From a virus (Duplodnaviria > Caudoviricetes), in the IMG/VR virus record IMGVR_UViG_3300029288_000132, positions 24,339 through 88,338 of that record: a stretch of 64,000 bases of DNA. One strand, written 5' to 3'. The notes under the pieces were generated by a model that worked only from the letters and a program-made list of their open reading frames with translations, was not told the DNA's origin and did not search any database. A program made the translations under genes and the position numbers. Below are positions 10,701 through 17,485 of this stretch, one piece after another; within the stretch, counting starts at the first letter, position 1, and each line of letters begins with the position of its first letter.

Positions 10701-11238
10701 AAGCATCGTAGACATTGACCCAAGCGGCGGCGACTTTGTTACCAATACTGGCCTGTTCTCTGCCTTGGCCGAGCATCTCCTTACCAGAGCCCTTTATCCG
10801 ATTCCAAGTAGATGCAATCTGTTCACCAATATCAGCTTGCTCTTGCCACTGATCTAAGAAGTCGCCAGTATCAATGCTTTGCGTCTTGATAGCTTGATTG
10901 AGTAGTTTATATTGTTTTATTTGCTTTTCTAATTCTAGGGTTATCTTATGGTAATCTTTAGATGCCGTGGTTATTGTCTTACTTGTCTTCGCAAAGTCGG
11001 TGCTAAACTTCGTTGTCGTCTTCGCTATCTGTTCGTTAGATATAGCAATAGCTTCTACTTGTTTTTGCACTGACGCCAGTGTCTTAGTGACCTTATCTGA
11101 TAACGTTTGTGCGACGTCTTGTAACCCCTTCTGAATATTGACGATAGCACTCAAAACGCCACTAAGTCCAGTTATGGCTGGTGCTGTCTGAATGCTGAAT
11201 GCCAGATTTAAAGCATAGCTATTGATATCATCTGCCAT
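7717..11238 (-). CDS. tail tape measure protein
   Basis: 1173 aa, helical, Ala/Gly-rich with long hydrophobic repeat tracts; position in tail module. Confidence 0.85.
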   Translation of the reverse strand: MADDINSYALNLAFSIQTAPAITGLSGVLSAIVNIQKGLQDVAQTLSDKVTKTLASVQKQVEAIAISNEQIAKTTTKFSTDFAKTSKTITTASKDYHKITLELEKQIKQYKLLNQAIKTQSIDTGDFLDQWQEQADIGEQIASTWNRIKGSGKEMLGQGREQASIGNKVAAAWVNVYDALGKSASQGTAHVGIGKRVAAAWISAKDAVVDTVMGFASMLVGIQGLRAGFAAFLEEENKFNTLNYRIYGTQNQILGQVSKTTSAYRLMWKEGIAGFSELGAVIRSNDDELTDFVTTNAMYSNSLGVSQKDLAAWQRAMKGVGIDSKEQTVLLGKQADAMYKLGLSAQQMASLLGDQARTAAALNIMWGKAGVTAISEIQANMMGLANTMSLPMAQVDAMQKSLSEVYTNQEAANYYKGIGKLSEEAAARIRNDISLSKEQKRAAMDLVRQNDGLNQQMQTLADLYKRTGGQGDEYNYTLLAMEGYTHMSRDALDGYARTQMQLNATLKAGEAPFNMITATTDQLAKAMKGLEDATTKDMTAEQKRSYYYEKSTATVAKSFGKMWANIQGAWMDAFNALKPAMMFFLDNILTPIVDSAAWFIRLLAGALPPAKQAAGAIDGINKAAQPTVTWLGWMGDKLSLLWSYLGPIAKGLVAVSAGLMAIFAVFAGAAAAIAMWDWFMRVTNATKLFAIATAAFAVGASILAIAFAIKMLADLDYGKLWSAVGALAVVFGLLALAVFGMSTGVGGAAAIALAGVLIGISVAAMIAAGAAYVLALAFEVATNSIVKLMEVSAGDLLLMGGALIIFGGELLAAAITIGAGGVAMAAASVALGLGMGGLSVAMFLISNNAITKMERLGDGGLANFGRALVIASPGIAAFIASMGLGVVFAKGMGGLASGLSYLTAIDAAALITTSTALLVFGRAIKLVAGSTANLVSVSDGISSFGSAISGIVDGLASSINSIANAVLVGGYKMMFGSILFRSSIAPLATAVDGLNTTAKAASLLTPSITGLVDAISQLQSSDIIGAFTDLLSSVPVISSVTDTIASVIQAGQEKIRAQIDELKTSFSALELIAAKLDLPIGSTETATKKKVVAETVSTIQVKTETSGGVSARWQQQEAQAKQVELIGIIADAVNKLSKGNVDDVGAIRGLLEEHLPKLGESPSKLGTRLNSWT

Positions 11239-12605
11239 TATGACCCTTTACCAACAGCTTTTGCTGCAGCATTCCTATCAAGCCTATAGCAATATAGATC
11301 GGTCGTCCAGCTACCAGGCTTGTAAATGTGGTGAAAGCCGTAAACAATCCAATTTCCGGCAACAAAGTAAGGAGGCCCATTCTCTAATGATGACGTTAAG
11401 GTGATATCGATGGTGTCGACACCTAAACCTTCTGATCCAGACCATATATAATGGCCCATGACGCGAAACCGCATACGTAGCAGAGCAGAGCTTGATGCAA
11501 GATAAATACCTCGTGCTTGACCATCTATGAAGTCTCGATATTTCATTCCCATATCGCCAGCAGATAGTTCGGGTATGGTCGCAACATCACTCCAACCAAC
11601 ACAGCCACCGTCAAGTGGATCGGCGTCGTGTTCTGGTTTGCGATATGATCTAGATAAGCCTCCGGTCACATCAACTTTTGGTTTTAATTTGTTGCCAGTT
11701 TGCCTATCACCGACGAATACTACATCTTTCTTCTGCTTATATTGTGATTGGTCGAAATATGCACCAGATACCGCAGACATACCACCCGTCACCAATTGAT
11801 GATTTACCATCTGTAAAGCGTTATCACCTATGAATTCCCAGTCAATGATATCGCCAGTTCTCTTGTCAGATGTACCACCAAATCCTCTCCATTCATAGGT
11901 AGCACGATGTTGTGACGTCATTGCAGCTTGCTCTTTTATAGTGAGTTTCTCACCATCTGGGTAGAGCAACCATCTAGTTTTATTATCCGACAGACTCGTG
12001 GACCACTCCAACAAAGACATAATGAAAGTCTTTGGATCCATACGCATCTGCCACCATCTATTAAGCTTACTATCCTTCGTATCGCCGTCAAAGACCACCT
12101 CACATCTGGCCTTGCTATATTTCTCTATTACCTGCTTTACTACCGATGCTACATTACCCTGATAACTTGAACCACCAGCATCACCACCAGTTAGCACATA
12201 CGAGGGGTAGTCGATAGCGAGGAATTCTATTTCAGAAGCGTTGGTACGACCACATGGTGCCATCGTGACCAATGCGTGATTCTGAACCTCTGTTTTCAGT
12301 TCTGAATCAGCATGCCAACGCACAAAACTTTGTATTTCAACCGGTGCTATCGTCTCTGACCTACTGTAATCGAAATATTCGTTACCAACAAAGTTTTTGT
12401 AGATAGTGAAGTGAGGATCATAGAACTTAGCTCTGACTTGCTCCCCTCCATTAAGCATTGCGATGAATTCGTACTTAATACAGTTTCCACCAACATCTAA
12501 ACCAACCGAAGCCGGGTTAGAAGGCGAACGCACCTTCACAACAACTATCGGTGATGATCCACCTTGCGGAATACCTTGCTCCACAAGACGCTTATTGGTA
12601 GCCAC
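11238..12605 (-). CDS. baseplate hub protein (gp27/GpD-like)
   Basis: 455 aa; GTG start with AGGAG SD 6 nt upstream; SYQGNVASVVKQVI, G.WIVYGFHHIY..GSWTT C-terminus. Confidence 0.6.
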   Translation of the reverse strand: MATNKRLVEQGIPQGGSSPIVVVKVRSPSNPASVGLDVGGNCIKYEFIAMLNGGEQVRAKFYDPHFTIYKNFVGNEYFDYSRSETIAPVEIQSFVRWHADSELKTEVQNHALVTMAPCGRTNASEIEFLAIDYPSYVLTGGDAGGSSYQGNVASVVKQVIEKYSKARCEVVFDGDTKDSKLNRWWQMRMDPKTFIMSLLEWSTSLSDNKTRWLLYPDGEKLTIKEQAAMTSQHRATYEWRGFGGTSDKRTGDIIDWEFIGDNALQMVNHQLVTGGMSAVSGAYFDQSQYKQKKDVVFVGDRQTGNKLKPKVDVTGGLSRSYRKPEHDADPLDGGCVGWSDVATIPELSAGDMGMKYRDFIDGQARGIYLASSSALLRMRFRVMGHYIWSGSEGLGVDTIDITLTSSLENGPPYFVAGNWIVYGFHHIYKPGSWTTDLYCYRLDRNAAAKAVGKGS

Positions 12606-12875
12606 ATGAAACTCCTCTTTATCAATTTTGACCCCGCGAAAAGACCAGAACTATTCCTCCTTTTGGACGATGACGGCAAGAGGCTCGTTCTCTTGAAGCA
12701 TGCTGCAATGGATAAATCAGAAATTCCGATGATTCGCGCAGCATCATCGCAGTTATCTAGAATGCCAACCCATGAGAAAATGGGCTGGTTCCGAAAATTG
12801 CGATCTTGGAAGACAGCGTATCGGCAATTCACGAAAGCCAAAGTTACCATTCTATCGGAGTATCCTTTGAAGTAG
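12606..12875 (+). CDS. hypothetical protein
   Basis: MKLLFINFDP... natural-looking 89 aa; no SD; abuts the divergent gene. Confidence 0.45.
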   Translation: MKLLFINFDPAKRPELFLLLDDDGKRLVLLKHAAMDKSEIPMIRAASSQLSRMPTHEKMGWFRKLRSWKTAYRQFTKAKVTILSEYPLK

Positions 12876-12903
12876 TATACCCTATCTACCGACATTTAAC
12901 GAG

Positions 12904-12932
12904 TTAAAGACTACCGCCGTCGCTGCTATAAT
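12904..12932 (+). promoter_or_regulatory. sigma70-like promoter with extended -10
   Basis: TTAAAG-17 nt (ending TGC)-TATAAT, 15 nt before ATG 12948; same geometry at 34711 and 51308. Confidence 0.6.
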
Positions 12933-12947
12933 TATCCAGAGGGAAAC

Positions 12948-13310
12948 ATGATGAGATATGAAGAATTGAGACGACGCTATATCCAATGTCAGAAAAATGC
13001 CACCAGGGTGGGGGATTTGAAAGAAAAAGCCGCAAATGGCAAATTGTCTGCACCCCGATTGGCTGACTGCCGCCAAGAAATCGATCGCCTTGGTGCAGAG
13101 CTAGCCGAGGACGAGAAACTATTCACCCATTTGCATGAGGCAGGCGATCCAGCTTGGCAGAAGCTATCAGGAGAATTGGATACCGCCTTAAAAGAATATC
13201 AGTCTACGGACGACCCACTCAGCTTGCGTCAGATAACAAAGAAATTTATTGGTACTATGTCCGTTCTAATTCTAGGTACGTGGATCATTGATGGACTACG
13301 TAGGAGATAA
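12948..13310 (+). CDS. hypothetical coiled-coil protein
   Basis: 120 aa, GAGGG SD, upstream promoter. Confidence 0.7.
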   Translation: MMRYEELRRRYIQCQKNATRVGDLKEKAANGKLSAPRLADCRQEIDRLGAELAEDEKLFTHLHEAGDPAWQKLSGELDTALKEYQSTDDPLSLRQITKKFIGTMSVLILGTWIIDGLRRR

Positions 13311-13311
13311 A

Positions 13312-13470
13312 ATGCACCTTACCAGCAAAGAGATTGGCGTCATCTTGAAATCATTACAAGAAAAATATGGCTTCGGCTACAGCAACGCCGAAGAAGATGG
13401 GGTCAAGATTGGCCAACTACAGGCCAAGCTATCCATTATGGCCGAAGTAGCTGCGGCGACCAAGCGTTAA
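13312..13470 (+). CDS. small hypothetical protein
   Basis: AGGAG SD before ATG 13312 (MHLTSKE...). Confidence 0.6.
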   Translation: MHLTSKEIGVILKSLQEKYGFGYSNAEEDGVKIGQLQAKLSIMAEVAAATKR

Positions 13471-14561
13471 GATTGTTCAAATAGTCTTGGCCTTACAACA
13501 TTTGCTACATTCTTCAACCTATTCTCTAGGTATAACCGCTGTTGTATATTGAGCGGCTTTACACTCTTCTCAAATATCTGTCGTATCTCTGACAGACTAG
13601 CAACCTTTACTAAATCATTCCAATCGTTGCTCATTTTGCCGTCTGGTAGCTTTACAATTGGCGGTAAAGTATAGAAAATTTTGTAACCGAGAGGTTGTAA
13701 TAGTGCAGTATTATGAAATATGCTCTCTATGCCCGCCTTGTCATTATCTGGCGCAAGAATAATACCATCTTTGGGACCGATTAGCCGTATCTTTTTGGCC
13801 TGAGTCTCAGTTAGTGATGAGCCACCAGAAGCAAGACATTGATCTTCTAATGTTAGACAATTGAAGATTGATTCGACTATTATGATAAAACTAGCTGGCT
13901 CGACTTGATCAAACCCGTAAAAAAACTGACCTTTCGTTACCCCAACGCTTTCTGGTGGAAACATAAACTTCTTGTTCAGCCGCGATCTACTTTGCCAATA
14001 GACTATGGTATTTGGATCGTACTCATAATATGGCCAAACAATATTAAAGCCACTATGCTTTATTCTATATTTATTGATCTTTTTAACATCTACACCTCTA
14101 CCAGCAAGCCACGATAGCAAGCCTAATTCGAGTTGTGATGATATTCCGAACTCTACAGTGCCCTCTGGAAGTTCAAGAGATACTTCGTCTTTTGTTTCTG
14201 GCATCAGACGTGTTCTGTGCCATTTGAATAACGCATGAGCACCGGAAGATGCCCCCAAAACGTCCTGAACGGCTTGTGAGAACGAACAACTTCCTTTCTT
14301 CAGAGTCAAATAATGTTGGACAAACCTCAGGAACGTCCGCTTATTTATTTTGCCAGTATTCGGATTAATTCCAGCCCATGTCGAGTCGCCACGCCAATCA
14401 TGAACAGAAGCCTTCTCAATGCTGATATTGAAATGATAACCATCATCACCGTCAAAGGGGTTATTGATACGTAATTCATCGCCTCCCTTTCGCGGTTTGC
14501 ATTCAGGGAAATTCTTATAAACCCAAGCAGATATTTTTTCAGGTGGTATTGGTATGTGCAT
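13467..14561 (-). CDS. DnaG-like DNA primase (TOPRIM), divergent
   Basis: IVYWQSRS, FFYGFD, IIIVESIFNCL, ILAPDNDKAG (DxD). Confidence 0.8.
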   Translation of the reverse strand: MHIPIPPEKISAWVYKNFPECKPRKGGDELRINNPFDGDDGYHFNISIEKASVHDWRGDSTWAGINPNTGKINKRTFLRFVQHYLTLKKGSCSFSQAVQDVLGASSGAHALFKWHRTRLMPETKDEVSLELPEGTVEFGISSQLELGLLSWLAGRGVDVKKINKYRIKHSGFNIVWPYYEYDPNTIVYWQSRSRLNKKFMFPPESVGVTKGQFFYGFDQVEPASFIIIVESIFNCLTLEDQCLASGGSSLTETQAKKIRLIGPKDGIILAPDNDKAGIESIFHNTALLQPLGYKIFYTLPPIVKLPDGKMSNDWNDLVKVASLSEIRQIFEKSVKPLNIQQRLYLENRLKNVANVVRPRLFEQS

Positions 14562-14616
14562 CTGATCTGAAATACGACAAATACCATTAGGCGGCTATAG
14601 GGTTAGCTAATTATAA

Positions 14617-17484
14617 TTAAGTTATCTTAAATGATGTGGTGGCGATATATTTAACATTAGTAGAGCTATTTATATAAATATAGCCAGCAATATAATAAGT
14701 TCCCGCAGGTACGCCAGTTGTATCCCAATTCCACACAGTCGTACCATTCGCAGCAGGTGATGCCATCAAAATCCAATGATATTGGTCACTTGCACCGCCC
14801 CAAGCTGATAAAGGCGTGTAACATAAATTAACAGTATAACCAGCTTGAATACCATAGGCTGTCCATGTGACTGGAATTATGGTCCCGGCAGCATAGGTTC
14901 CAGAGACCGGAGTACTGATAGTAAAAGTACAAGTTGGAAGAGGAGTACCTGCTACTTGAGCGTGCCACACACCATTCACTCCACCGCTAGGAGCGACTCC
15001 TTGCGGACCACACCAAGCACACACCCAAGTACCAGTTCCATTATTTCTAGAAACAGCCGGAGTTACCTGGTCATCGATACCACGGTGCTCCAAACTTGGA
15101 TTGTTAACAACATATTGAGACGTCTTCACGACACCATTTATATTATATTGCCTAGCTATGATACCGTAATCTGACGTTATTGGATCATCGGGATGGTTAT
15201 AAGCCTGCCAAACAACTGTGAAATTACCATTTCTGTCGCAAGCAATACTAGCACTCTCGCTGTTATCGGAGGCAGTGTTGACTTGTATTTCTGCACACAG
15301 TGCAGTGCCGCTTGAATTGAATGTGCGAGCTACTATACCATATTTTCCACTTACCCATTGGTGTGCGCTTACCCAGCAAGCTGCAATATTGCCGTTATCA
15401 TCTACAGCTACCTGCGGATCTGTTTGTGGATTAGTTATATACGTATTCATCTGAACTACGCTACCCGTTTTACTTCCAGACGCTGTAAATCTCTGGAAGT
15501 AAACATCCCAGCCAGAACCGGCTCCAACATCATACTGCTGCCATGCAGCCGTGAACGCACCAGTTGAACGATTAATAGCAACATCCGGATGACCCGCACT
15601 ATGGCCGCTAATGTAGTTAACAACAAAATTTGTAGTGCCAGTTTTCGCACCGGCTGCAGTGAATCGCTGTCCGCAAATAGCTGGAAACGCTGTACCATCA
15701 TACAATTGCCTCCATACTACAACAAACGCGCTATTGTCACGCATAGCTATAGCCGGATCAGAAAAGTCGTCAGCAGACAATGCATTGACTCTAAATTGAT
15801 CGCCCTTTGGTGTACCATCAGCATAATACATTCTAGCTTGAATATTTTGTCCGTAATCAATATCAGGCCCCTGCCATACAATAACAAAGCTACCGTCAGG
15901 AGCCATCGCTATATCAGGTACATTACTTGTCTTATCATCATAAGATGGGACGATAAATTGTGGTGTAGTTTGATTGCCATTTGCATCAAAACACTGTGCC
16001 ATTACAACTGGGCTAGTCGGATCATCACTATTAACCCAAGTTATTGCAAAACTACCATCAATACAATCGGCAACACGTGGTTTGCCGTAGGCATGACTTA
16101 CTTCTACTGATGGCGAGGGTGATAATGATAATGAAGGTGAGAGCGAGGGCGATAACGACAATGATCGCGAAGGCGAAGGTGACAACAGGCTAGCTGATGG
16201 TGATGGCGACGGCGATAACAATGAAGCTGATGGTGATAGCGATATTATAGGCGAAGACGACAATGAAGGCGATAAAGATAATGAAGGTGATAAAGATAAT
16301 GCCGATGGTGAAGGTGATGGCGACGGTGACAACAACGACTGTGAGGGCGACAGCGATAATGAAGGCGATAGTGACGGCGAGGGTGACTGCCAAGACGACC
16401 TAGACAGCGATGGCGACATGGACGGGCTTATCGAAGGCGATGGCGGTGGTGGAAGTGGAGTCGGTGACGGTGGAGGAGGTGGCGGCGGCGGTGAAGGCGG
16501 CAACTTGCAATCTTCTATAAAATCACCGAAGTATGTCAGCCTTCTCGGACAAGTCGCAACAGCACTGAACCACATCTGCGTAATAACCGCACCGGACGCA
16601 TCCTTACCCTTAACAAGCCATAGACGTTGAGTTCCACTTGGGTGTCCATCAACAGTGATAGAGCCTGATGGTGAAAAGCTACCGTAGTAAGCCCCATCAC
16701 AACCAGAACAGCACAAGTCTCTGCAATACAGCTCTGTCACCACGATATCGGATGAATCGCTGTACCATTCTAACGTATAAGGCAAATCAGCTCTGACAAA
16801 AGGTGTACTATAGCCAGCTGCACGCAAGTATTGATATCCAGCAACCGGCAAAGTAACCGTTAATTTCTCAATATATGTTGGACTTGTAGCAGAGCTCCCA
16901 AATGACACATCTTGAGTACGATAAGCACCTAGATCAATCGTTGTATCTTCTAATTTTAAAACCAAACCACCGCTCCAAATATCTCCAAGTTGTGGCAGGT
17001 CGTAACCAAAATACTCTAATTGTTGAACTTGCCACAGAGCATATTGTGTTGTGAATATTGTATGGTCAATATCGATTTCGAGCGGTTGTGATACCCATTG
17101 GTTAGTTTCAAGATTCGCAACAGTACATGGATATAGTGTATTTGCATCCGATAGAAACGCTTTATAATGATCTATATCTGGCCAGCGACAAATCCGCAAT
17201 AAAGCCAAAACAGAATCTAATGTCTCTTGGTCATAAGCCACAGATACATTATCTTGATTTAGCGTTTGCAGCCGCCTATTAATCCTAGATGTGACGCCTT
17301 TTTTATCTGTTACTAATAAACTGGCTACAGTGACATTACCCCACATATTAATAAAAGGTGTACCTGGCATCAAACTAGCACTCACAAAGCCAGTAAGCAT
17401 ATATCTATTATTAAACGAAATTGGATATTGTTGCACCACAGAAGTCTGAGAAGATTGTGCAATTTGTCTAGTTGATAACGCCAT
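14617..17484 (-). CDS. large virion/adhesin-like protein: N-domain, Ser/Pro linker, propeller-like repeats, C-terminal Ig-like domain
   Basis: Six repeats like IAMAPDGSFVIVWQ / VAVDDNGNIAACW; start set at ATG 17484 (MALSTRQ), adjacent to the upstream stop. Confidence 0.7.
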   Translation of the reverse strand: MALSTRQIAQSSQTSVVQQYPISFNNRYMLTGFVSASLMPGTPFINMWGNVTVASLLVTDKKGVTSRINRRLQTLNQDNVSVAYDQETLDSVLALLRICRWPDIDHYKAFLSDANTLYPCTVANLETNQWVSQPLEIDIDHTIFTTQYALWQVQQLEYFGYDLPQLGDIWSGGLVLKLEDTTIDLGAYRTQDVSFGSSATSPTYIEKLTVTLPVAGYQYLRAAGYSTPFVRADLPYTLEWYSDSSDIVVTELYCRDLCCSGCDGAYYGSFSPSGSITVDGHPSGTQRLWLVKGKDASGAVITQMWFSAVATCPRRLTYFGDFIEDCKLPPSPPPPPPPPSPTPLPPPPSPSISPSMSPSLSRSSWQSPSPSLSPSLSLSPSQSLLSPSPSPSPSALSLSPSLSLSPSLSSSPIISLSPSASLLSPSPSPSASLLSPSPSRSLSLSPSLSPSLSLSPSPSVEVSHAYGKPRVADCIDGSFAITWVNSDDPTSPVVMAQCFDANGNQTTPQFIVPSYDDKTSNVPDIAMAPDGSFVIVWQGPDIDYGQNIQARMYYADGTPKGDQFRVNALSADDFSDPAIAMRDNSAFVVVWRQLYDGTAFPAICGQRFTAAGAKTGTTNFVVNYISGHSAGHPDVAINRSTGAFTAAWQQYDVGAGSGWDVYFQRFTASGSKTGSVVQMNTYITNPQTDPQVAVDDNGNIAACWVSAHQWVSGKYGIVARTFNSSGTALCAEIQVNTASDNSESASIACDRNGNFTVVWQAYNHPDDPITSDYGIIARQYNINGVVKTSQYVVNNPSLEHRGIDDQVTPAVSRNNGTGTWVCAWCGPQGVAPSGGVNGVWHAQVAGTPLPTCTFTISTPVSGTYAAGTIIPVTWTAYGIQAGYTVNLCYTPLSAWGGASDQYHWILMASPAANGTTVWNWDTTGVPAGTYYIAGYIYINSSTNVKYIATTSFKIT
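16105..16500 (-). repeat. Ser/Pro/Leu low-complexity repeat (SPSLSLSPS-type) after a poly-Pro run
   Basis: About 130 codons of PPPP then SPS/SLS repeats with varied codons. Confidence 0.95.
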
Positions 17485-17485
17485 A

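Noticed and set aside
12545-12895. 116-aa minus-strand ORF overlapping the hub start
   Set aside because: No SD and unnatural composition; it conflicts with the better-supported GTG start at 12605 and the plus ORF.
16105-16630. Asp/Gly/Glu-rich open reading on the plus strand
   Set aside because: Expected antisense product of Ser/Pro codons.
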